DNA from: Myxococcota bacterium | GTDB lineage: Bacteria > Myxococcota > JACRCW01 | Reading direction: 5' to 3' | Assembly (NCBI GenBank): GCA_040752415.1 | Contig: JBFMGU010000016.1 | Coordinates: 1 to 64,000, forward strand | Length of the DNA: 64,000 nucleotides | In this document: piece by piece, positions 48,121 to 56,850 of the stretch | How positions within the stretch are numbered: position 1 is the first letter of the stretch | Layout: every line of letters starts with the position of its first letter | Made by a program: the position numbers and the translations under genes | Notes under the pieces: model-generated | The model's input: only the letters and a program-made list of their open reading frames with translations | Told to the model about the DNA's origin: nothing | The model's database searches: none

Positions 48121-48992
48121 ACGCGCAGGAGCGACTCCTGGTGGTCCGCACCGTGAGCGCGCTGCGCGGCCGGGGAGTGCCCGTCACGGAATCATTGACG
48201 TTGGTGGCGGAGGCCCTGCCGGAGGGGCGTACCAAGGAGACGGTGCGTGGGTGGCAGACGCAGCTGAAGCGCGGAGTGGTGGCGCCACAGGACCCCATGG
48301 TGGCGATGTTCCAGCACGCTGACTCTGCGGCGCCCCACGCGTGGGAAGACCTTGTGCAATCCGCGGAAATCGGTGCCCTGGGCCAGAGGCTCGGCGGTGC
48401 GGTGCGGGCCATTCTCCTTGCCACCGCCGCATTGCTCGTCGTGGGAAGCCCCGCCATGGCCATCCTGCACCGTGTTGCCACGGAGTTCTATGCGCCCTTT
48501 GCGGACCGCCTGCCGGCGTTGACCATTGCCGCGCTTGCTGTTGTTGAGCTGCTTCCCTGGGTCATGGTCCCCCTGGGCTTTGCATTGTTGTTCGTCCGCC
48601 ACCATTGGGACCGGGCGTCGCGCTGGCTCGGAGTGGAGCTGCGCGTGGTACAACAGCTTAGACTGTTTGCCGCACTGTCGGCTTCCGGGGTTCCCGGACA
48701 TCTCGCACTGGGGGTGGCCGCGTCCACGGGACCCTGGTTCCAGCATCCCCCTCTACAGCTCACGGAAGCGGAGCGCACCCTGGCGTCGCTCTTGACCCGT
48801 CTGCATGGAGACGCCTACGCCGCCCACGCATTGTCGACAGAGATGGAACGCCATGCCCGTGCTCGAATCCGCTGGATTCGCCACGCGCTGAGCGCGTTTG
48901 GGGTGCTCCTGGGTCTGATCCTGGTGTGGAATGTTGTCCTGCCGTTCTACCTGCCCGTGTTTCGCCTGGCGGGCAGCCTTGGTGGAGAATAG
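48117..48992 (+). CDS. PilC/GspF-like platform protein 1 (short, divergent)
   Basis: RTVSALRGRGVPVTESL, LPALT, LFAALSASGVP..LAL and C-terminal FYLPVFRLAG resemble GspF/PilC motifs. Confidence 0.65.
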   Translation: MNAQERLLVVRTVSALRGRGVPVTESLTLVAEALPEGRTKETVRGWQTQLKRGVVAPQDPMVAMFQHADSAAPHAWEDLVQSAEIGALGQRLGGAVRAILLATAALLVVGSPAMAILHRVATEFYAPFADRLPALTIAALAVVELLPWVMVPLGFALLFVRHHWDRASRWLGVELRVVQQLRLFAALSASGVPGHLALGVAASTGPWFQHPPLQLTEAERTLASLLTRLHGDAYAAHALSTEMERHARARIRWIRHALSAFGVLLGLILVWNVVLPFYLPVFRLAGSLGGE

Positions 48993-48995
48993 GGC

Positions 48996-49850
48996 ATGTT
49001 AGGACTGGATCGCATTGTGCTATCCGCCGCCCGGCATTCCATATCCGCGGGGGAGCCGCTGGACAGGACGTTGGATGAATTGTCCGCGGTGGCCCCGTCC
49101 CGCCGCGCCGCCTTGCGCCTTGCCGTTACGCGCGCCAAGCAAGGGCAATTGGACGCGGCGCTGCGCCTCCTGCGCGAGGACCCGGCAATCCGGAGCGTGG
49201 CGCAGCTTTGGCCTTCGGCAACGAGGAATGTCGCGGACGCACTCAGCGTGCTTCCCGCGGACTCCTGGCTGCTGGCGCGGATGTTCGCCTCTTCCGTTCC
49301 GTACGTGGTGCTGGCTTGGGTGGTCACCCTGATCAGCGACGTGATCGTTTCCCACTGGGTAGCCCCCGTGTTTGAGAAGATGCTCAAGGACGCGGGACAA
49401 GAGCGGCCCACCGCGTCCGTGGTTGCGCTGGAGGCCACGTCCTTTGTTCCCTTCCTGATGGTGCCCGTGTTGCTTGTGACCTGGTTGAACGCGCAAGGTG
49501 CCTGGCCGCGGATGGGCGCACTCCCAGCACTCAAGGCCGCGCGGCTATGCACTGTTGTGGGCACCCTGATGCGCAGCGGAATGAACTTTTCCGACGCGGT
49601 CCGAGTTGCGCGGGTGACCTCCTGGGGGACAACCCACGTCTTGAGCGTTCTTCCGCCGAGCTTCACGCAGAGCGAGATGCTGCTGGAGGTTGCGGCGCAC
49701 CTCCGTCGTCACGCGGTGACCCAGGCCGAGCGGACGCGCGCCTTTCTCTACGCCGGCGGAATATCCGTGGCATTGCTGCACGCCGGCCTCCTGGCGATGG
49801 CACGCTATGCGGACGTGATGGGGCTTGCTTCCGTCATGGAGCGCCAATGA
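48996..49850 (+). CDS. PilC/GspF-like platform protein 2 (short, divergent)
   Basis: SAGEPLDRTL, VAPVFEKMLKDAGQERPTAS, VGTLMRSGMNFSDAV; three TM segments. Confidence 0.65.
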   Translation: MLGLDRIVLSAARHSISAGEPLDRTLDELSAVAPSRRAALRLAVTRAKQGQLDAALRLLREDPAIRSVAQLWPSATRNVADALSVLPADSWLLARMFASSVPYVVLAWVVTLISDVIVSHWVAPVFEKMLKDAGQERPTASVVALEATSFVPFLMVPVLLVTWLNAQGAWPRMGALPALKAARLCTVVGTLMRSGMNFSDAVRVARVTSWGTTHVLSVLPPSFTQSEMLLEVAAHLRRHAVTQAERTRAFLYAGGISVALLHAGLLAMARYADVMGLASVMERQ

Positions 49851-50728
49851 ACCTCCAGGTCCGGGAGCTTGCACAACGTGTGGAATTCCTGGCGCGGACC
49901 GGGCATCCGCTCACGGGTGGCCGCCGCAGCTTCGCCCCACTCACAAGCGCTGCGCTCACTCCAGAGGCGCTGCTGGTCGCGCTCCGCGTGGAACGGCGCG
50001 CCCAGGCTGCGCTGCTCTCCGCAAGACCGCGCGACCTCCTCAAGGCTGTGGAGGGCCTGGCGGAGCCCCTTGGCATGGATGAAGCGGCGCGCACTCGCGT
50101 CCGTCGCTTGCGCGCGTATGCATGGGCGCTGGCCGCCATCAGCATCCTTTCTCTCTTCACCACCATGAGGCTTCTGATTCCAACGCTAAGCCCGTGGGTG
50201 CCTGAGCACGCCCCGTGGCCTTGGCTGGCCGGCGCCAGTTCCGTGCTGGGCACGCTATGCTTGCTGGCCCTGGGTGTTTCCGGTTTCCGCCAGGAGCCGG
50301 GGCTCGTCTTCCGCGCAAGCGCCAGATCGGGTGATATCGCCTTGCTAACGTCGGCGGCTCACGTATTCGTGACCTCGGGAGGTGCGCTTGCGGATGCAAT
50401 GATGGCGGCCAGCCTGCTGTGCCAAGGGGTGACGCGCGGAGCAGCGCAGACGTTGTCCCGCTCATTGTCACGCGGCGCGCCCGATGCCACGGCCGCCGCG
50501 GCGCTGTGGGGTGACGCCGCCGGAGCACTGTTTTGTGCGCAAGCCGCGTTAGGCCATGAAGCAGCCGCCTTGGAGACGCTAAGCGCCATTCAGCGTGCCT
50601 ACGCACGCCATCGCCTCGCCGTCGATTTGCCGTTGATCCACCTGGCCGTTGTTGTCTCGGGGGCCATGGCCATTGGCGGGTCCGCCGCTGTTGCGTTGTC
50701 ACAATACTCCGTGGCGATGGGAGGCTGA
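49847..50728 (+). CDS. PilC/GspF-like platform protein 3 (short, divergent)
   Basis: ATG 49847 overlaps the previous stop; LARTGHPL, LLIPTL, FVTSGGALADAM; same TM layout as its neighbours. Confidence 0.55.
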   Translation: MNLQVRELAQRVEFLARTGHPLTGGRRSFAPLTSAALTPEALLVALRVERRAQAALLSARPRDLLKAVEGLAEPLGMDEAARTRVRRLRAYAWALAAISILSLFTTMRLLIPTLSPWVPEHAPWPWLAGASSVLGTLCLLALGVSGFRQEPGLVFRASARSGDIALLTSAAHVFVTSGGALADAMMAASLLCQGVTRGAAQTLSRSLSRGAPDATAAAALWGDAAGALFCAQAALGHEAAALETLSAIQRAYARHRLAVDLPLIHLAVVVSGAMAIGGSAAVALSQYSVAMGG

Positions 50729-50729
50729 G

Positions 50730-51911
50730 ATGCCGCGAATCATCAGGGTGGACTCCCAGCATCTGACGTACCGTTCCTGGCTCACCACCAGGACCCTTCC
50801 TCTTGACGACGTCACAGCGCTCTCGCCACTTGGCGTGCACACGCACATGGGGGTCCTGTTCGCGCCGCCTTCCCTCCATGATGTTCTTGATTGTGCGCTC
50901 CGCGGACCGCGCCCGGGTACCGCCTTCCGGGATTGTGCCACGACACTCGGGAGGTACCTGGAGGGCCCGCACACCGGCGGCGGTCTTGCGAGCTACCTGC
51001 TCAATTGCGCTACCCAGCTATGCGCGTCTGACGTTCACCTGGAGCCTGAGCCCGACGGCGTCAGCATCCGCCTTCGGGTCGACGGTGAGCTTCGGCTGCT
51101 GCACACGATTCCGCAAACCTCAGCGCGCAGCTGCGTGGCGACGTTGAAGGCGCGCGCACATTGCCTGCCATATCGCAGTGACATCGTGCAGGAGGGTCGT
51201 ATTCCCCGGGACGGTGTGGCGGCTGATGTTCGCGCATCCTTTCTGCCCACGGCGTTTGGAGAACGGGCCGCCCTGCGCCTCTTTGGCAAGCTCCTCAGCC
51301 TGGACCAGCTGGGTTTTCACGTCGACGTCCTGCGGTCCCTCGAGCAAGCGTTGCGTTCTCGGCGCGGGCTGATTCTTGTGGCGGGTGCCAGCGGTGCGGG
51401 AAAGACCACCACCCTGTACGCGCTCTTGGCCGCCGTGACGGCCATCCGTCCGGGCGCGCATCTCAGCGTGGAAGACCCCGTCGAGCAGCGGTTGAAAAGG
51501 GCTGGAATTCCGGTGGACCAGGTGGAGCTGGATCCGCTACGCGGTGTCACGGGGGAAACAACGTTGGTGGCCGCATTGCGGCAAGACGTCGACGTGCTCT
51601 GCGTGGGTGAGATCCGGACGGGCGCGGAGGCCGCTCTCGCCGTGCAGGCGGCACACACGGGACGCCTGGTCCTGGCCGGTGTCCACGCGGGCTCCGCCGA
51701 GGAGGCGCGACAGCGGATGCTGGATCTGGGCACAGAACGCCACCTGCTCAGCCGCACCCTAACGGCTGTTCTCCATCAGGCGTTGTCGACGGAGACGTGC
51801 CCCTGCGAGGCCGCACCCGCCTGCGCCAGGTGTCAGGGACGCGGCAGACTCCGCCGCGCCACCGGAACGCTGATGAGCTTCAATGATGGACCCAGCGGGG
51901 TGCACGCATGA
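50730..51911 (+). CDS. GspE/PilB-family secretion ATPase (N-terminally short)
   Basis: ASDVHLEP, IRLRVDGEL, Walker A GASGAGKTTT, SVEDPVE, LRQDVDVLCVGEIR, AAHTGRLVLAGVHA, Cys cluster CPC...CARC; GGAGG before ATG 50730. Confidence 0.9.
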   Translation: MPRIIRVDSQHLTYRSWLTTRTLPLDDVTALSPLGVHTHMGVLFAPPSLHDVLDCALRGPRPGTAFRDCATTLGRYLEGPHTGGGLASYLLNCATQLCASDVHLEPEPDGVSIRLRVDGELRLLHTIPQTSARSCVATLKARAHCLPYRSDIVQEGRIPRDGVAADVRASFLPTAFGERAALRLFGKLLSLDQLGFHVDVLRSLEQALRSRRGLILVAGASGAGKTTTLYALLAAVTAIRPGAHLSVEDPVEQRLKRAGIPVDQVELDPLRGVTGETTLVAALRQDVDVLCVGEIRTGAEAALAVQAAHTGRLVLAGVHAGSAEEARQRMLDLGTERHLLSRTLTAVLHQALSTETCPCEAAPACARCQGRGRLRRATGTLMSFNDGPSGVHA

Positions 51912-52249
51912 CCAACCGCGGTTTCACGCTTGTTGAAGCCATGATCGGTGTGGCCATGCTGGGCATTGCGTGCGTGGCCGCATACTCGGCATTCGATGTT
52001 TTTAGCCTACGGGCCATTGCCCAGGCGCAGGAGACCCAGGCGGTCCTGGCGTTGGAGTCCGAGGTGGAACACTACCTTCGCGGCGAGGGGCTCAGCCCGC
52101 AAACACGCACTGCCCTGACCCAGAATCTGCCCGGTGCGACCATGACGTCACGCACCCAAGGGAACACCATCACTTTCACATTGAAATGGCGGGCCGCAGA
52201 TGGACGGCACGGCAACGCGGACCTGACCGTCCTCCGGAGGAGTCCTTGA
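51908..52249 (+). CDS. Minor (pseudo)pilin, GspI/PilV-like
   Basis: RG|FTLVEAMIGVAML class III signal. Confidence 0.85.
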   Translation: MTNRGFTLVEAMIGVAMLGIACVAAYSAFDVFSLRAIAQAQETQAVLALESEVEHYLRGEGLSPQTRTALTQNLPGATMTSRTQGNTITFTLKWRAADGRHGNADLTVLRRSP

Positions 52250-52680
52250 GAGCGCGCGGATTCACGCTGATGGAATTGATGATCACCATCAGCGTTGCCA
52301 GCATCATCGTGCCCGCGCTTTTCATTCTCCTGCGGGGATTGGAAGGCCAGCACAGACAGGCGCTGTTTGCCCTCAACGGAGCGGAGGCGGCACAGGTGGT
52401 TTTTGCCCAGCTTCGTTCCGATTTGAGGACCCGCCGCTTGACGGATGGTCCGCGGGTTGAGCTGCGAGGCGGTACCTGCAATGTCCAGTACGTGGTGGTG
52501 GAGGGGACACTGGTTCGTCGAGAAGCTGGGAACGGTTGTGGGAGTGACGCTCCGGTTGCGCGAGGCATTGAGGCGTTCGTCAACGTGGGCGGGGGCTTGG
52601 TGGAGCTGACCACACAGCCTGAACCCTCCAACAAGCCACGGATCTTCAAAGCTGCTTTTCCCGCCGAGGGACGGCCATGA
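52246..52680 (+). CDS. Minor (pseudo)pilin, GspJ/PilW-like
   Basis: TTG start after GGAGGAG, overlapping the previous stop; RG|FTLMELMITISV. Confidence 0.85.
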   Translation: MRARGFTLMELMITISVASIIVPALFILLRGLEGQHRQALFALNGAEAAQVVFAQLRSDLRTRRLTDGPRVELRGGTCNVQYVVVEGTLVRREAGNGCGSDAPVARGIEAFVNVGGGLVELTTQPEPSNKPRIFKAAFPAEGRP

Positions 52681-53033
52681 AGAGACCCCGCGGATTCATC
52701 CTGATGATTGCGTCCGTCACGTTGGCCACTGTGGCGGTGCTCGTTGGCGTCACGGCCAGCCGCATGGCCACGGACGCCGAATCACGCCGGATCGAAAAGC
52801 AGCGACGTCAGGCCCTGTGGCTCGCCAGGAGTGCCGTGTATGGCGCGTGCGGCAAGAACGGGAAGGTTGTGGCGCTGGGAGAGCTCTGGGTTGTCGAGTG
52901 TCGGCAGCGCAGCAACGAACGCGTTGCTTCTGCGTCCCATGGCCACCTCACGGCCACCGTGGAGGCGTCCCTGACACCCAACGGTTCCTTTGCCTCCTGG
53001 CAGGAAACGATTGAAGTCCCGGAGCCCCGCTGA
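52677..53033 (+). CDS. Minor (pseudo)pilin, GspK/PilX-like
   Basis: RG|FILMIASVTL lacking Glu+5, as in GspK/PilX; QALWLARSAV matches the QA.xLAxSG pattern of that class. Confidence 0.75.
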   Translation: MKRPRGFILMIASVTLATVAVLVGVTASRMATDAESRRIEKQRRQALWLARSAVYGACGKNGKVVALGELWVVECRQRSNERVASASHGHLTATVEASLTPNGSFASWQETIEVPEPR

Positions 53034-53381
53034 TTCTGTCTGACCAACAGAGACGTGATGTGTCTCACGTGCGAGCGTGCGGTGTTGATGGCAGCATGGT
53101 TGACCATCGAACCGTGACCCTCGTCAGCCTCATGATCGACGTCAGCCTCGCCAACGACGTCATCCTCGTCCACGTCGTCGTCATGTCCGGAGGCCCGTCG
53201 ACAAGCTCGACCTCGACGTCATCCTCGAGCTCGGCCACATTCCTTGCGGATTGGGGACGATGGTGGCGGAGAGCGCGTTTCTGCGGGGCGTCACGGAGGA
53301 CGTTCGCCTCGTCTATTCGCGTGCACTACCATTTCCTTCCACTGATGCTTCGGCGCGCGCTTGCCTTTCTGCTCCTCACCT

Positions 53382-53750
53382 TCTGGCCGGCCGTCGGCGC
53401 CTGCGCGGCGTAGGTGACTCGGTTGAGGTGGATCACGCTGTCACCATCCGTGGCCGGGTTGGTCGCGCTCCAACGGGTCTCCGACGTGGCACTGAGCGTC
53501 TCAGTCACGCCCGTCGCTTCCGGCGCCGCGCGCAACGCGGTGAGGTGCGCGTTGGTCTGATCCCAGCTCAGCAGGAGATTGGGCGCGGCCTGCAGCCCAC
53601 CGGTGCCAGGACCAGGCCCCCAAGCGCAGGCCTTGGGCAGGCCTTTCCACGCGGACTCCCCTTGGAGTTGCTTCCCCGGTTGAGCGGGGTCGCCAGCTGG
53701 CACGGTGCTGGTGACGGGGCCTTTGACGGCCATCTCCCATGGAGCGTTGG
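53382..53750 (-). pseudogene. Decayed copy of the promoter and first ~90 codons of the giant RHS gene
   Basis: Translates to QAAPNLLLSWDQTNAHLTALRAAPEATGVTETLSATSETRWSATNPATDGDSVIHLNRVTYAAQAPTAGQ, versus QAAPNVLLIWDQNNTHLTSLRTALEAAGMTVTLSATSETGWNGTNPATDGFDAVVHLNGQTSATQMPVAGQ in the intact gene. The signal-peptide part is frameshifted and similarity stops abruptly. Confidence 0.88.
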
Positions 53751-53878
53751 CAAGACCCGCGCATACCGCGGACCCCAGCCCCACCATCCGCTTGCCTACA
53801 CCCACCCTGCGTGCTACCTGCCCCGCCCCCCTTGGGATCCCCCGGGGGGACAAGCTTGGATGGAATGGTCCATCCCCG

Positions 53879-53930
53879 CTTCCTCGCTCCGACCTGAAGC
53901 TGGGTCGGGGCCACAGGTCCGAGAGGAGGC
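53879..53930 (+). promoter_or_regulatory. S6:S18 ribosomal protein leader (cis-regulatory RNA)
   Basis: CTTCCTC can pair with the SD GAGGAGG; inner hairpin GCTCCGACCT/GGGTCGGGGC; CCG immediately before the SD; directly upstream of rpsF. Confidence 0.75.
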
Positions 53931-53934
53931 CTGC

Positions 53935-54405
53935 ATGGCAGAGATTCAGTTCAATCTTCCCAACTACGTCCGCGAGTACGAGACCATCTACATCCTCAAG
54001 CCGGAGTTCGAGGATCCCCAGGTTCTCGAGGTGATCGAGAAGATGCGTGGGGTGGTGGCCAAGGAGGGTGGGAAGACCATCAAGATCAGCAACTGGGGCA
54101 AGAAGAAGCTGGCCTACGAGGTGGATGGCAACCAGAAGGGCATCTACGTGCACCACCTGTACGTGGGCGCGCCCAAGGTCGCCTCCGAGTACGAGCGCAA
54201 CCTGCGCATCATGGACCAGGTCATCCTGCACCAGACGGTGCGCCTGCGTGACCAGGTCCTGGCTGACCAGGTGGCCGTGCAGGAGGACAGCCTGGTCCCG
54301 CCGGTGAAGGAGCCGCGCAAGGAGCGTGAGCGCGAGGACGAGGAGCTCGGCGAGGGCTTCGGTCGCCGCGACGAGGACGACGAACTGGGTGGCATGGAGG
54401 CCTGA
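53935..54405 (+). CDS. rpsF: 30S ribosomal protein S6
   Basis: REYETIYILKP...WGKKKLAYEV...GIY...ERNLRIMDQVI; acidic tail; SD GAGGAGG before ATG 53935. Confidence 0.96.
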   Translation: MAEIQFNLPNYVREYETIYILKPEFEDPQVLEVIEKMRGVVAKEGGKTIKISNWGKKKLAYEVDGNQKGIYVHHLYVGAPKVASEYERNLRIMDQVILHQTVRLRDQVLADQVAVQEDSLVPPVKEPRKEREREDEELGEGFGRRDEDDELGGMEA

Positions 54406-54483
54406 GCCCCTCCCCCTTGAGTTCAACTTCTTTCGCAGGACCGGGTCCCCTGGACGGACCGCCTGCGTGACAGGATTGGCAAC

Positions 54484-54831
54484 ATGGTGAGCAGCAAGAT
54501 GGAAGGCCCCCGGGGCGGAATGGACCGCGGTGACCGTGGTGATCGCGGCGACCGTGGTGATCGCGGTGATCGCGGCGGCATGGGTGAGATGGATGAGCGT
54601 GGTGGTCGTGGTGGACCGCCGCGCCGCAAGGTGTGCCGCTTCTGCGCCGACAAGAACGTGGCCATTGATTACAAGGATGCTTCCTCGCTGAAGTTCTTCA
54701 TCACCGACCGCGGCAAGATCATTCCCCGTCGTATCAGCGGGAACTGTGCCCAGCACCAGCGTCGCATCACCGAGGCGGTCCGTCGGGCGCGCAGCATTGC
54801 GCTGCTGCCCTTCACCGTCGCGGGCGCCTGA
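54484..54831 (+). CDS. rpsR: 30S ribosomal protein S18 (Zn-binding form) with N-terminal GDR-repeat extension
   Basis: [10 protein letters not shown]...IDYKD...[22 protein letters not shown]...ARSIALLPF. Confidence 0.97.
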   Translation: MVSSKMEGPRGGMDRGDRGDRGDRGDRGDRGGMGEMDERGGRGGPPRRKVCRFCADKNVAIDYKDASSLKFFITDRGKIIPRRISGNCAQHQRRITEAVRRARSIALLPFTVAGA

Positions 54832-54848
54832 GAGGAGAGGAGACAACC

Positions 54849-55373
54849 ATGGCTCAGGACATCAAGGTCATCCTCCAGGAGGATGTGGACAATCTCGGCG
54901 CGGTGGGTGACATCGTCTCCGTCCGCCCGGGCTACGCGCGCAACTTCCTGCTGCCGCGCAAGAAGGCCCTCGTGGCCTCCGTGGCTTCCGTCAAGCACCT
55001 GGAGCACCAGAAGCGCCTGACGGAGAAGCGCAAGGCGCAGCTGCAGGCCGCCAGCATGGAGACCGCCAAGAAGATGGCCGACGTGCAGGTGAGCATCACC
55101 GCCAAGGTGGGTGAGCAGGACAAGCTGTTCGGGTCCGTCACCAGCAAGGACATTGCGGCGGAGCTCATCAAGCAGGGCTTTGCGATCACGCACCGTTCCA
55201 TCCGCATGGCGGAGCCCATCAAGACCGTGGGCATGCACAAGGTGGACGTGCGGCTGCAGGCCGGCGTGATGGCGAATGTGAAGGTCTGGGTGGTGGCGGA
55301 GAACCCGCCCCCGGTCGAGGCGGCCGAGGGTGAGGGCGAGGCTGCTGCCCCCGCGGAGCAGGCCGGCGCCTGA
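54849..55373 (+). CDS. rplI: 50S ribosomal protein L9
   Basis: KVILQEDVDNLGAVGDIVSVRPGYARNFLLP...KLFGSVT...PIKTVG. Confidence 0.97.
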   Translation: MAQDIKVILQEDVDNLGAVGDIVSVRPGYARNFLLPRKKALVASVASVKHLEHQKRLTEKRKAQLQAASMETAKKMADVQVSITAKVGEQDKLFGSVTSKDIAAELIKQGFAITHRSIRMAEPIKTVGMHKVDVRLQAGVMANVKVWVVAENPPPVEAAEGEGEAAAPAEQAGA

Positions 55374-55402
55374 ATTCCGCACGCGCATGACCTGCGCACA
55401 GG

Positions 55403-55440
55403 AGGCCCTCTCTGGAAACAGGGAGGGCCTTTTTCGTTTT
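55403..55440 (+). terminator. Rho-independent terminator after rplI
   Basis: Stem aggccctctctg-GAAA-cagggagggcct followed by ttttcgtttt. Confidence 0.88.
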
Positions 55441-55479
55441 CCCCTCGCCACCGTGCGCTCGACGAGGAAGCGTCCCGAT

Positions 55480-55736
55480 CGGCAGGCGAACACCCAACCC
55501 CCACGTTCGTCCCACTGCGTCCACTCGCCCCCTTCCCCAGAACCAATTCTCCGTCGTCACCGGGCCGGGGGAAGGGGGGCACACTTTGGGCTTGGGGCGT
55601 TTTCTCGTCGGAAAGGCGCTGGGCGCTCACCGATTGCCCCCCTGCCCCGGCCAGGTGACGACGGAAATCGGTACTGGGGAAGGGGGGCGAGTGGGCGCAG
55701 CGGGACAAACGTGGGGGGTTGGGTGTTCGCCTGCCG
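55480..55736. repeat. Long imperfect palindrome (~100-bp arms, ~50-bp spacer), MITE-like
   Basis: Left arm starts cggcaggcgaacacccaacccccacg; right arm ends cgtggggggttgggtgttcgcctgccg; complementarity continues through ccgtcgtcacc/ggtgacgacgg with scattered mismatches. Confidence 0.88.
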
Positions 55737-55804
55737 CGCCGACGCGGACACAGATTGTTCTGACGCAGCCCTGTAACGCCCCGCCCCTGCTACACCCCCG
55801 CGGC

Positions 55805-56782
55805 ATGACTCGATCCTCCGCCGGTCGCGCGCTCATCGGCACCGTGTTGCTCGCCGCGTGCCCCCAGTTTGCGCTGGGACCCGAGGACGACGCGGGCGCG
55901 GACGCCGAGCAGACCGGCAGCTCCTCGGACCACCGCGTGTCCTCGTCAACCAACGCGGGCGCGTCCTCGGGTGCCGCCGGGTCCTCCTCGGGAGCAACCA
56001 CGTCCTCGACGACGGGCGCCACCACATCTTCCGGCGCGGGCACGTCCTCCCAGGCGAGCTCCACCGCGTCGACCTCGTCGGGAGCAGCGAGCGCGTCTGG
56101 CGGCACCAGCTCGGACGTCACGACAACGTCGTCATCATCCTCCAGCGGCTCTGGCTCCGGCGCCACCACCTCGTCGACCTCGTCCGCCGATTCGTCGTCG
56201 TCATCTTCCACCGCCTCCTCCGCAACCGCGTCCTCGTCGTCGTCCTCCTCAACCGGCGGCATCATCGACGGCGGCCCATGCCTCTCGGGTGCGCCCGGCG
56301 CCACCGCTTTCCGCATCCGCTGGGAGGACGGCGGCGGCACCGCGTACGTGCAGTACGAGGCGTTCGGCCTGCCCGACACGTCGCGGGAGCACGCGGGCGC
56401 GTACGGCTACGGGTTCGGCTACACGCCCCAGTTCGTCGACCCGTTCCTCGGCGAGGGCGGCCTGCAGCTCGACGGGAGCAGCTTCGTGGACATGGAGTTC
56501 TCGCTGGCGGGCATCACCACCATCACCAGCGCCACGCTCTCCCTCTACGGACGCAGCTTCAACACCACCGCGAGCGGCAGCTTCAACTGGCAGACCTTCG
56601 ACGGCACCGACGCCACGCCCACCGACTACGTCGCCAACTCCGCGCCGTACGAGTGGTACTCCTGGGACCTGGCGCCGGTCCTCACTGCCGGTGACGACGG
56701 AGTCCTGCTGCGCATCAAGGCCGGCCCGTCGTCGGGGTCGTTGGTGGTGAACCGCATCGAGATCTGCATGCAGGCGCAGTGA
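55805..56782 (+). CDS. Lipoprotein with Ser/Thr-rich linker and C-terminal beta-rich domain
   Basis: Lipobox LLAAC; long S/T/G linker; folded C-domain bounded by two Cys (GPCL...IEICM). Confidence 0.8.
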   Translation: MTRSSAGRALIGTVLLAACPQFALGPEDDAGADAEQTGSSSDHRVSSSTNAGASSGAAGSSSGATTSSTTGATTSSGAGTSSQASSTASTSSGAASASGGTSSDVTTTSSSSSSGSGSGATTSSTSSADSSSSSSTASSATASSSSSSSTGGIIDGGPCLSGAPGATAFRIRWEDGGGTAYVQYEAFGLPDTSREHAGAYGYGFGYTPQFVDPFLGEGGLQLDGSSFVDMEFSLAGITTITSATLSLYGRSFNTTASGSFNWQTFDGTDATPTDYVANSAPYEWYSWDLAPVLTAGDDGVLLRIKAGPSSGSLVVNRIEICMQAQ

Positions 56783-56850
56783 CGCGCTGTTGCACGCGCG
56801 CGCTCTTCCGCGTCACGCTGCTGGGCGTTGGATGGGTCGAGGGGAGCGCG

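Noticed and set aside
53251..53934. Long N-terminal extension of S6 in the ORF track
   Set aside because: A strong SD and the S6:S18 leader place the start at 53935; the upstream frame overlaps the pseudogene.
54520..54580. Tandem 9-bp repeat as a CRISPR/VNTR, or RGD integrin-binding motifs
   Set aside because: In-frame coding repeat with no spacers, in a cytoplasmic ribosomal protein.
53326..54846. 506-aa minus-strand ORF ending in RHS-like N-terminal sequence
   Set aside because: Mostly antisense to rpsF/rpsR. Only its last ~90 codons are meaningful, as the decayed duplicate; it is not a real fusion gene.
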